Assembly (NCBI GenBank): GCA_044869275.1
Contig: JBIOXB010000019.1
Span: 1-29,758 of the forward strand
Origin: a bacterium
GTDB taxonomy: Bacteria; Zhuqueibacterota; Zhuqueibacteria; Zhuqueibacterales; Zhuqueibacteraceae
Length of the DNA: 29,758 nucleotides
Reading direction: 5' to 3'
This document shows, piece by piece, positions 10,582 through 20,107 of this stretch. A program made the translations under genes and the position numbers. Positions within the stretch are counted from its first letter, which is position 1, and each line of letters opens with the position of its first letter. The notes beneath the pieces are model-generated. The model did not search any database. It was not told the origin of the DNA and saw nothing but the letters and a program-made list of their open reading frames with translations.

Positions 10582-11049
10582 TCAAAGCTTCTCGCCGGTT
10601 TTGAGGAAATGATTCAGCTCGTTTTCCCATTGCCGCATGAAATGTTGATAATGCGCCGCCGTAAATCCGGTCACGAACGCCTCGCCTTCACGGCTGAGCG
10701 CGGTGTAAGAATAGGTTATCTCGGCGTCGCTGCCACCCTCGGAATTCTGCCAGAGCTGAATCTCAATCTTGCCGGCGGTAAAGCCGGGGGTAATTTTGAC
10801 AAATTCAATTTGAAAGCTATGCGGCGCGTAGCGCGTGATCATCCAAATGGCGTCCGCGGGCTCGCCGGGCACCACGAAAATGCAATCCCGTTCTGCCAGG
10901 CCGGAATCGCTGTAAACTTCCCGCGGCGCCCAACCCCCGGCCCATTCCACTTCGCGCGCGGGACAGAGCAAGGGGAAAACGGTTTCAGGCGGCGCCGTTA
11001 GTTTTTGGATGTAACTGCGCGTGACACGAACGGGGGAGATGATCTGCAT
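10582..11049 (-). CDS. Hypothetical protein, SRPBCC/polyketide cyclase-like
   Basis: 155 aa. APPETVFPLLCPAREVEW, TYSYTALS..G, C-terminal helix WENELNHFL. RBS aagga. Confidence 0.7.
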   Translation of the reverse strand: MQIISPVRVTRSYIQKLTAPPETVFPLLCPAREVEWAGGWAPREVYSDSGLAERDCIFVVPGEPADAIWMITRYAPHSFQIEFVKITPGFTAGKIEIQLWQNSEGGSDAEITYSYTALSREGEAFVTGFTAAHYQHFMRQWENELNHFLKTGEKL

Positions 11050-11095
11050 GATTTGTCCTTGCTGGCGGTTTGGCGTCGAAGTACGACTCCAACTA

Positions 11096-11193
11096 TTGTC
11101 ATTCCTTTAGGAATCTTCCCGCGCACTTGAGAAAGCACTCAACTCCAAGCGAGGTCGCATGGGCTTGGGAAGATCCCGAAGCATCGGGATGAC
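11096..11193. repeat. REP/REPIN-like paired hairpins (gtcat[t/c]cc..gga(a)tcttccc family)
   Basis: gtcattcctttaggaatcttccc ... gggaagatcccgaagcatcgggatgac. The reverse complement of 11164-11193 matches 18734-18763 at 29/30. Confidence 0.8.
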
Positions 11194-11219
11194 GGACTTT
11201 TCTTTTTCGCTTACGGTAA

Positions 11220-12533
<1,314 letters not shown>

Positions 12534-12554
12534 CGTTCACTTCCTCCTCACGGT

Positions 12555-12584
12555 TTGACACATGACCAGATGACGGAGCATAAT
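12555..12584 (+). promoter_or_regulatory. Possible sigma70 promoter upstream of rho
   Basis: ttgaca-N18-cataat in the divergent intergenic region. Motif match only. Confidence 0.3.
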
Positions 12585-12732
12585 TGATTTTTCGCAAAGA
12601 TGCAAACGAGGAATGGTGGCCACAAGTCAGCCCTCAAAATATTTGGAGCATTTGATCGCCAGACTTCTTATCTTCTTGTCGGTCCTCTTTACGCTCCCAA
12701 TAGAAACTCTCTGTATATTAAGGAATTCCTTC

Positions 12733-13827
12733 ATGTCCCTCAAAAAGTCCGGTGTTCTGGAAATGGAAGCCAAAGGATACGGCTTCTTGCGGCAGGTCTC
12801 GAATAATTTCGCGCGCATCCCCGGCGATGTTTTTGTCCCGCCGCCGGTGATACAGCAATTCCGTTTGCAGGGCGGGGAAATTTTAGAAGTCGTGGCCGAG
12901 GAAGAAAACGGCAAGCTCCGCGCGGCCTCCGTGGAAACGGCGCAAGACTTGCCGGTGGCGGAATGGCAAAGCTTGCCGCATTTTGAAGATTTGTCCGCGA
13001 TTTCTCCGGAAAAAGCCTTATGGCTGGAAATGAAAGGAGGGGGGACCACACAGCGCGTCATCGATTTGTTTGCACCGATTGGCGAAGGCCAGCGCGCTTT
13101 GATTGTCGCGCCGCCGCGCTCGGGCAAAACCATGATGCTGCAGGAGATTGCCCGGGCGATCGCACACAATTATCCCGAGCACGATCTCATGGCCCTGTTG
13201 TTGGATGAACGCCCGGAAGAAGTCACGGAATTCCGGCGCAGCATGCAAGGCACGGTGTTTTCGAGCAGCTACGACGACAATCTCGCCAATCACCTGCGGC
13301 TGGCAAAATTGGTGCTGGATTATTGCAAGAGCTGGGTGCGGGTAGGCAAGAATGTCGTGTTGCTGATCGATTCGCTCACGCGCACCGGGCGCGCTTTCAA
13401 CGCGGGCCAGCAAGGCAGCGGCCGCTTGATGACCGGCGGCCTGGATGCCCGTGCATTGGAAATACCCAAGAAGATTTTCGGCGCGGCGCGCAAGATTGAA
13501 AACGGCGGTTCCTTCACCATTATCGCCACGGTTTTGGTGGACACGGGCTCGCGCATGGACGATTTTATTTTTGAAGAATTCAAGGGCACGGGCAACATGG
13601 AATTGGTGCTGGATCGCAGTCTGTCGGACGAGCGTATTTTCCCGGCGATCAGCGTGCGCGAAAGCAGCACCCGCAAGGAGGAAAAATTATTTGGCGAGAT
13701 GACGGAGGCGCATCAAAAGCTGCGGCGCGCGGTGCAAAATCTGACGCCGAAGGAGGCGATGCAAAAGGTTTTGCAGTTGATCAGAATGAATCCAACGAAC
13801 AAGGCGCTGTTGGAGAAGTTTGCGTAA
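12733..13827 (+). CDS. rho: Transcription termination factor Rho, short form
   Basis: GYGFLR, PIGEGQRALIVAPPRSGKT, LLDERPEEVT, DSLTR, TGGLD, FGAAR, EEFKGTGNMEL. RBS aagga before ATG 12733. Confidence 0.9.
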   Translation: MSLKKSGVLEMEAKGYGFLRQVSNNFARIPGDVFVPPPVIQQFRLQGGEILEVVAEEENGKLRAASVETAQDLPVAEWQSLPHFEDLSAISPEKALWLEMKGGGTTQRVIDLFAPIGEGQRALIVAPPRSGKTMMLQEIARAIAHNYPEHDLMALLLDERPEEVTEFRRSMQGTVFSSSYDDNLANHLRLAKLVLDYCKSWVRVGKNVVLLIDSLTRTGRAFNAGQQGSGRLMTGGLDARALEIPKKIFGAARKIENGGSFTIIATVLVDTGSRMDDFIFEEFKGTGNMELVLDRSLSDERIFPAISVRESSTRKEEKLFGEMTEAHQKLRRAVQNLTPKEAMQKVLQLIRMNPTNKALLEKFA

Positions 13828-13844
13828 GAAAAGCGAAACGCCCA

Positions 13845-14852
13845 TCATTGCTCGCCAATGAGATTGATGATAAGATTGATCATCACGTCCTTCTGCTTGG
13901 GATTGCTCTCTGCGACCAATAGCGTCAGGGCAACAAGGGCGCTGTCGTTGATCCTGCGCTCCCCGTCGGGCGCCAAAAGGAGATTGTTCTTCTCTAAGAA
14001 CCAGATAAACAACAGAGAAGCAATGCGCTTGTTACCGTCAACAAACGGATGGTCTTTGATGCCGAAGTATAGAAGGTTCGCTGCTTTTTCTTCAACACTC
14101 TGGTAGAGATCCGATCCTCCGAATGTCTGTTCAATACTGCCAAGAATTCCTTTCAGTGCGCCTCGTTCTCTTTCTCTTCCAAACAGATCGCCGGCCTCTT
14201 TTCGCTCCATCAGTTTCTTCTTCAGTTGAGCGATGGCCTGCTTCGCGGCCTCTTGATCGATGCGGAACCGGATGTTGCGATGCAGTTTCTTAGATTCAAG
14301 CGTCCCCGAGTCATACTGATGCAGGAGCAGCCAAGAGCGCGTGTATTCGGTAATCACAGTCAGCAAGCCTGCGGCTTCCGGCGCAGGCAGTGCTTTTCCC
14401 GTTTTTACCGACGCCACCAACGCCACTGCCGCCTCCAATTCCTTTAGTCGTCGCTTGTTCTCTATGAGACGTTTCTCATTGAGCGTAAAGCCCCTGACAA
14501 GATGATCACGAAGGACCGTAGTCGCCCAGATCCGAAACCGCGTTGCCCTCGGAGAGTTGATTCTATAACCGAGAGAGAGAATGGCATCGAGATTATAGAA
14601 TTTGGTTTGATAGGTTTTTCCATCGCGGGCAGTATGTTCCAAAATGGAACTAACTGAGTTCTCTCGCAACTCTTTACTATTAAAGATATTACGCAGATGC
14701 TTGGTGATCGCTGGCCGCTGCGTACCAAATAGAGAGGCAATCTGCTTTTGTGTCAGCCATACAGTTTCATCCTGCAGCCGGACATCGATAGCGGCCTGCC
14801 CGTCTTCGGTTTTGTAAATGACAATTTCGCCTTTTTGCTCTTTCATGTCCAT
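13845..14852 (-). CDS. rhuM: Virulence RhuM / Fic-Doc fusion protein
   Basis: ETVWLTQKQIASLF, YNLDAILSLGYRINS, FRIWAT (RhuM). HPFVDGNKRIA (Doc-type Fic motif). Confidence 0.88.
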   Translation of the reverse strand: MDMKEQKGEIVIYKTEDGQAAIDVRLQDETVWLTQKQIASLFGTQRPAITKHLRNIFNSKELRENSVSSILEHTARDGKTYQTKFYNLDAILSLGYRINSPRATRFRIWATTVLRDHLVRGFTLNEKRLIENKRRLKELEAAVALVASVKTGKALPAPEAAGLLTVITEYTRSWLLLHQYDSGTLESKKLHRNIRFRIDQEAAKQAIAQLKKKLMERKEAGDLFGRERERGALKGILGSIEQTFGGSDLYQSVEEKAANLLYFGIKDHPFVDGNKRIASLLFIWFLEKNNLLLAPDGERRINDSALVALTLLVAESNPKQKDVMINLIINLIGEQ

Positions 14853-15025
14853 AATTCATGGCTCAAGTGATTGAGAAAACCAAAAGTACAACCTTTTCCA
14901 TTACGGAAATATTTGCCTCCAATTCATGTGCATCGATTTTCAGAGTTTACATTGAATTACCGAGTAAAGCTCGGTAGTTGTATGAACTCATGACGCCGAA
15001 CTGCCAAAATCTAGTGAAGTGCCTT

Positions 15026-15170
15026 TTATCGTTTTTCCGCCTCTGCCACGATGGCAATCTCCTCCGCGGTCAGGCTGTACAGCCGATACACCAATTGATC
15101 AATCTTGCCCTGCAGTGCTGAGACCTCGCGGCTGAATTGGCGCGTTTCGCGGCGTGGATCTGGTCTACAC
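15026..15170 (-). pseudogene. C-terminal remnant of a type IIG (Eco57I-like) restriction-modification enzyme
   Basis: With one frameshift it reads VDQIHAAKRANSAA/EVSALQGKIDQLVYRLYSLTAEEIAIV, matching the typical ID.LVY.LY.LT.EEI tail. Confidence 0.7.
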
Positions 15171-15222
15171 TTGTTCGCACTGCCGCTCGTCTTCTGCGAT
15201 GGCTGGTAGGTTTTTCCATGCT

Positions 15223-16077
15223 TCAAAAGCTCCAAGCCAGCCCCACTTGGTCTCTTCCAAAATACGGATGTAAAGATGACGCAGTAGCGGTGCCGGCATT
15301 GTGACGCACCAATGTGCTGGCGACCCAATAGCCCAAGGCGCCGCCCACGATCGTATCGGAGAACCAGTGATTGCGGCTCTCCATGCGTTGAAACGCAACT
15401 CCGGCACAAAACGTGTACGCCGGAATTTCCACCCACCAATGGTCGTACTGCTTGGCCATGACCGTCATGACTGCAAACACGCTGCTCACGTGCCCCGAGG
15501 GCATGGATTTGAATTCCTCGGCGCTGCTGAATTTGAAAAAATTGAAATCCGTTGCGCCGCGATCGGTATAAGGCCGCGACCGGCCCAGCACACCCTTTGC
15601 CGCCGCCGCGAAAACCTCCGTCAACACCGCGGACTCCACGAGCAAGCGCGTCGTGGTGAGAAGCTTTTTGTCCCGGCTGATCAGCCCGCCGACGAGAGTC
15701 ACAGCGGACAGGCCGGCGGTGAAAGTGACAGGCGAAACGTCATCGTAGAATTGTCCGAGCTCCGCGAGCTCGTGGGCAAGATAGAATTGATTGTGGCCTT
15801 CTTTGGCATATTCATCATCGAAAGGTTCATCCACGAACGCGATCGTGCCAGCAGTCAGGGCGGTGAATGCGAGCAACCGCAGACCGCCTCTTGATGAAAG
15901 CCGGAAGGGAGAGGAGAACACATACGCCACATCGCTGCCGACATTTTTGATGAAACCTTTTGCCGGTCTTTGCTGATCTGCTCGGTTGCTTGTCTGCGAC
16001 CAGCATTCGTTTGAATTGAAGCACAATATTGTCGCCAAGTTGAGGGCGAGCACAGCGAATTTGTTTTTCGTCAGCAT
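15223..16077 (-). CDS. PAP2 family phosphatase
   Basis: K..LGRSRP, SMPSGH, RMESRNHWFSD motifs. Signal-like N-terminus. Confidence 0.88.
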   Translation of the reverse strand: MLTKNKFAVLALNLATILCFNSNECWSQTSNRADQQRPAKGFIKNVGSDVAYVFSSPFRLSSRGGLRLLAFTALTAGTIAFVDEPFDDEYAKEGHNQFYLAHELAELGQFYDDVSPVTFTAGLSAVTLVGGLISRDKKLLTTTRLLVESAVLTEVFAAAAKGVLGRSRPYTDRGATDFNFFKFSSAEEFKSMPSGHVSSVFAVMTVMAKQYDHWWVEIPAYTFCAGVAFQRMESRNHWFSDTIVGGALGYWVASTLVRHNAGTATASSLHPYFGRDQVGLAWSF

Positions 16078-16159
16078 CCATTTCTCAAAGTTAGGTTCGG
16101 AAAAGAAAAGAGAGGGAGGATGGCCGTCCGCCTCGTGGTGCGGGCCGGCCAGTTAGCCA

Positions 16160-16230
16160 AAAACTCAAAATTCAAAGCACAAAATTCAAAAAACCACTTT
16201 TTGAATTTTGTGCTTTGAATTTTGGATTTC
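16160..16230. repeat. Heptamer-period perfect hairpin, 27-bp stem
   Basis: caaaattcaaagcacaaaattcaaaaa (16166-16192), loop accac, exact reverse complement at 16198-16224. Confidence 0.9.
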
Positions 16231-16263
16231 CAACTTATCCTACGTTTTGAGGCATATCGCTGG

Positions 16264-18672
16264 TTATCGCCACGCCGGCGCAATGCTGCCATCTGCTTTT
16301 TGCCAATGCGGTGCCCACGCCAGACTGAGAAAACGCACGGAGATATTGGTCTTCTTCGGTCGAACGGTGATCGTTTCCAGGGTTTCATGCAGCGGGTCGG
16401 TGCTGGCCGCATAAGCTTCAATTTCGGTCTTAAGCTTGGCCTCCAAATCGGCGAGCTGCTGCTGCAATGCGCCGACGTTTTCTTCTGCGGCAGCGGCATC
16501 TTGGGACTCTTTCATGGTGCGGCTCGCGCCGCGCATGGCCGAGCTCGCCCGGCTCACGTTCGAGCGGCTCACCAGTTTGCGCCCAAACACCGCACCCAAA
16601 ATCGTCGCACCGACATTGATCGCGGTTTGCATTTTTTGCTGGCTGGCTTGCGCCTGCTCGCGTTCCAAGCGTTCCTGCGCGCGGCGGATGCGGTCCTGCA
16701 AAGACGAGGTTTTCGCCGCGTATTTCTCGCGCAGCTTTTCCAGCCAGGAGTCGCGCTGCTCGCGGCCGTGTTGCGATAAACGAACGCGAAAGTCCCGCTC
16801 CGATTCTCCCGGCTGTGAAATCTCCCCGGCACTGGGGCTTTGCAGCAACTCCAATTTTTGCATGCGAAACAGCTCGTCGCCGAATTCCTTTTTCCAGCTG
16901 GCATAGCTCTTCGCCTGCCGCGCCGGCGCTGGAATTTCTGCATACGCACCGCGCGCTTCGCCTTCCTGGGACAATTCGGATTCCTCCAATTCAATGACCA
17001 ATGCTTGTTCCCATTTCACCGGCACGGCTTCGTTTGCCAGCGGGATGAGCTGCCTCAAATCGCGCAACAGCTCGATGTTCTTTTTGGTCTCGGCGAATTG
17101 CACTCTGGCCGCGCCGAACAGAAAGGGATGATAAACCAATTGCGCGTTTTCCGGCTGCCGGCCGCGCACCGGCAGGAAATACTGCGGTACCTCCGGTGGC
17201 AGGACGACGCCTGCAGCTTTGCTCTTCGCGGGCGGCCTTGAAGCAATTGCTGCTCCTGCCTTGCGGCCCTCCATCAATGTTTTGATTTGTGTGCGCGTCA
17301 ATGGACCGGCAAGGTAGCTCATGACCCAGCGTGTTTCGAACACCACCGGCGCATCTTCGTGCACGTTGTGCAGCAGAAAAACGCGATTGCCCAGTCCAGC
17401 CAAAATTTGTTCCATCTCACCGCGGTTGAATTTGCCCCCGCCACCGGCGGATGCGCCTTCCAGCCCTTCCAACACGCGCGCTTTGTCGCGTTCGGTTTGC
17501 AATCTTCCCAAAAACCACGTGCCGATATTGCTCAGCGCTTTATAATCCAGATCCACGGGGTTCTGTGTGGCCAGTGTGATGCCGAGACCGAACGCGCGCG
17601 CTTGCTTGAGCAGGGTGATCATCGGTGCTTTGGAGGGCGGATTCGCGACCGGCGGCAAATAGCCGAAGACTTCGTCCATGTAGAAAAGCGCGCGCAGGCT
17701 GGTGGTGCCGGGCTGGCTGCGCATCCAGCTCAAAGTTTGATTGAGCAGCAGCGAGACGAAGAACATGCGCTCGGCGTCGGCGAGATGCGCAATGGAAAAA
17801 ATCGCGAAGCGCGGCTGGCCGGTTTTGGTGTACAGCAATTGTTGCATGTCCAGCGCCTCGCCCTCGAGCCAGGCCTGAAAGCCGGGCGCGGCCAGCAGAT
17901 TGTTGAGCGCCATGGCCAGCTCGAATCGTTCCTTGGCAGGATAAAACGAATCCAGCTCGAACACGCCGACTTTGCTCATCGGCGGTTTTTGAATCTCCTG
18001 AATCAAACCGGCAATATCGAGATTTTCGCTGTTGCTCCAATGGTGATGAAGAATGTTGGAAATGAGAATGTGTTCGCGGCTCTTGATGGGATCGGCCTGG
18101 AGACCGAGCAGGCCCAGCAAGCTTGTAGTCGTTGACGAAACTCTTTCACGCAAAGCATCGCTGTCGTCCAAAATTGCCGCGGGCGGCGCAGCGAAAGATT
18201 GCAGGATCGAAAGCGGCAACCCGGCGTTGCTGCCCGGCGTGTAAATCGCAATGTCGACCGCGTCGCGAAATTTTTGGATGCGCTGGCCGTCTTGTCCCCA
18301 GCCCGCCAAACCGTTTTGCCACAGCCCGGCTTGTTTTGCGGCATAGTCTTCGGGCGAGAGGCCTTTTTTGTTCGCCTCGTCTTCATTGATCCAGGGACGA
18401 AAATCCTCGGGCCGCAATTCGGGGAAGGTGAGCATGAGATTGGCGAGATCGCCCTTGGGATCGACGATGAGCGCAGGAATGCCGTCGATCGCCGCCTCTT
18501 CCAGCAGCGCGATGCATAGGCCGGTTTTGCCGCTGCCGGTCATGCCCACGCACATCGCGTGCGTCACCAGGTCTTTGGAATCGTATAAGATCAAATCATC
18601 TTTGGATTTTTTGTTGCTCAGATCGTATTCGCGACCGAGATAAAAGACGCCCAGTTTCTCGAAGTCTGGCAT
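16264..18672 (-). CDS. HerA/FtsK-like P-loop ATPase (DUF87/DUF853-like) with C-terminal coiled coil
   Basis: THAMCVGMTGSGKT, IVDPKGD, YMDEVFG, QARAFGLG..LATQNPVDLDYK. Q/E/R-rich C-terminus. Confidence 0.85.
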   Translation of the reverse strand: MPDFEKLGVFYLGREYDLSNKKSKDDLILYDSKDLVTHAMCVGMTGSGKTGLCIALLEEAAIDGIPALIVDPKGDLANLMLTFPELRPEDFRPWINEDEANKKGLSPEDYAAKQAGLWQNGLAGWGQDGQRIQKFRDAVDIAIYTPGSNAGLPLSILQSFAAPPAAILDDSDALRERVSSTTTSLLGLLGLQADPIKSREHILISNILHHHWSNSENLDIAGLIQEIQKPPMSKVGVFELDSFYPAKERFELAMALNNLLAAPGFQAWLEGEALDMQQLLYTKTGQPRFAIFSIAHLADAERMFFVSLLLNQTLSWMRSQPGTTSLRALFYMDEVFGYLPPVANPPSKAPMITLLKQARAFGLGITLATQNPVDLDYKALSNIGTWFLGRLQTERDKARVLEGLEGASAGGGGKFNRGEMEQILAGLGNRVFLLHNVHEDAPVVFETRWVMSYLAGPLTRTQIKTLMEGRKAGAAIASRPPAKSKAAGVVLPPEVPQYFLPVRGRQPENAQLVYHPFLFGAARVQFAETKKNIELLRDLRQLIPLANEAVPVKWEQALVIELEESELSQEGEARGAYAEIPAPARQAKSYASWKKEFGDELFRMQKLELLQSPSAGEISQPGESERDFRVRLSQHGREQRDSWLEKLREKYAAKTSSLQDRIRRAQERLEREQAQASQQKMQTAINVGATILGAVFGRKLVSRSNVSRASSAMRGASRTMKESQDAAAAEENVGALQQQLADLEAKLKTEIEAYAASTDPLHETLETITVRPKKTNISVRFLSLAWAPHWQKADGSIAPAWR

Positions 18673-18696
18673 GAGGGTTTGTTCCCAATGAATGAG

Positions 18697-18840
18697 TTGA
18701 CAATGTTAAGTTAAATTCGCGCCCTCTCAATTTGTCATCCCGACGCTTCGGGATCTTCCCAAGGTTTGTGTGCAAGCCTCGTGGGAAGATTACAGAATGA
18801 CAAAAACTAGGGGCTTTTTTAGCCAGGTTAACATTGTCAA
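18697..18840. mobile_element. 144-bp MITE-like palindromic element enclosing a REP pair
   Basis: Perfect 13-bp IR ttgacaatgttaa (18697-18709) / ttaacattgtcaa (18828-18840) around REP hairpins at 18734-18801. Confidence 0.7.
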
Positions 18841-19002
18841 GATGATTACGCCGGATTTAGTTACTGTCCGGATCCAGCATGAAAGGCAAAATTATTGAGG
18901 GCAAAACAATTAAATGATGGAACTATCTGATTGCTTTGGCAATAAAATGTGCCCATTCAAACAAGTGGCAGAGCCAACGCCCACCAGCGTTTGCGAAGCC
19001 AC

Positions 19003-19242
19003 TCACGCTTTTTTGAAGCGTCGATAGACAAACAAAATCAGAACGGCGCCGAACACCGCGCCAATGAAGCCGGCCGGCTGGCCGACGGTGTAAAACCCGA
19101 GAAACTGGCCGAGATAGCTGGCAACCATGGACCCGCCGATGCCCAACAACGTGGTGATAATGAAACCGCCCGGATCTTTGCCCGGCATCAAAAGCTTGGC
19201 TACGACGCCGGCGGCAAGACCGATGAGAATCGTAGCAATCAT
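19003..19242 (-). CDS. GlsB/YeaQ/YmgE family membrane protein
   Basis: IGLAAGVVAKLLMPGKDPGGFIITTLLGIGGS..IGAVFGAVLIL. RBS ggagga. Confidence 0.9.
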   Translation of the reverse strand: MIATILIGLAAGVVAKLLMPGKDPGGFIITTLLGIGGSMVASYLGQFLGFYTVGQPAGFIGAVFGAVLILFVYRRFKKA

Positions 19243-19263
19243 TTGCTCCTCCAGACAATTGTT

Positions 19264-19770
19264 TCATTTCAAATCTCTGTCCGGCCGTTGCGCCGGTGCC
19301 GCGGCCAAGTCCACACGGTACGGCGCCAACGCGGCCACCAGCTCTGCGGGAACGGGGACGGGACGAAAATCCTTGCGGTTAATCGCGACGACCACTTCGT
19401 AGCCCACGGCTGTCACTGGGCCCTCCACTTTCTGTACGGAAAATTCCAGCCGCAGCGAGGTACGGCCGATGTTTCCGATCCAGACCTCGACTTCAAGCAG
19501 GTCGTCGAGCAGGGCTGGGCTGCGAAATTCGAAGTGCAACTGCACCCGCGGCAGCCAAAAGTCGAAGCGTTCGAAAAGAGCGGAATAGGGGAAACCCACG
19601 GCGCGGAAGAACTCGGTTTCAGCGATTTCAAAAAAGCGCACATATGCGCCGTAGCAGATAATGCCTGCCTGATCGATGTCGCCCCAGCGCACGAATTCGC
19701 GCACGCGAAAGTGCAGCGCTTCTTTGCGAGGGCGGGACGATGCTTGAATTTCTTTATTCATGGGGGTCAT
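19264..19770 (-). CDS. Acyl-CoA thioesterase (4HBT/YbgC hot-dog family)
   Basis: VRWGDIDQAGII..AYVRFFEIAE, FRSPALLDD, IGRTS. Confidence 0.88.
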   Translation of the reverse strand: MTPMNKEIQASSRPRKEALHFRVREFVRWGDIDQAGIICYGAYVRFFEIAETEFFRAVGFPYSALFERFDFWLPRVQLHFEFRSPALLDDLLEVEVWIGNIGRTSLRLEFSVQKVEGPVTAVGYEVVVAINRKDFRPVPVPAELVAALAPYRVDLAAAPAQRPDRDLK

Positions 19771-20107
19771 GGTTCACGGCACGAGGCCGGCTGGTGTTAA
19801 GCACTCTGCATGGTGTTTGGACAAGCGTGGCACGCGCCGGCTTGTTGCAATGTTGCAAAGAATAATCAAATCTCCTGGAAAAGTCAAGGTGAAGCCGAGT
19901 GTGACACTTCACGCCGTGATCATGCAAAACCTCTTGCAAAATATTATTGGTTGATTATCTTGGATGTGATTTTCAAGAAGCTAGCGTGTTTGCAACGGCG
20001 TCCGGTGTCGCTTTATTCACTTGTGGCTGACGGTCGCCTCAGATTCATGCACCGCACGCGTGCAGGCATCAAGAACGGCGAAGATTTTGATGTGGAGAGA
20101 TGCAGTG

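Noticed and set aside
19771..20107. Small ORFs or ncRNA in the divergent intergenic region
   Set aside because: No recognisable RNA family or coding signal. It is most simply a divergent promoter region.
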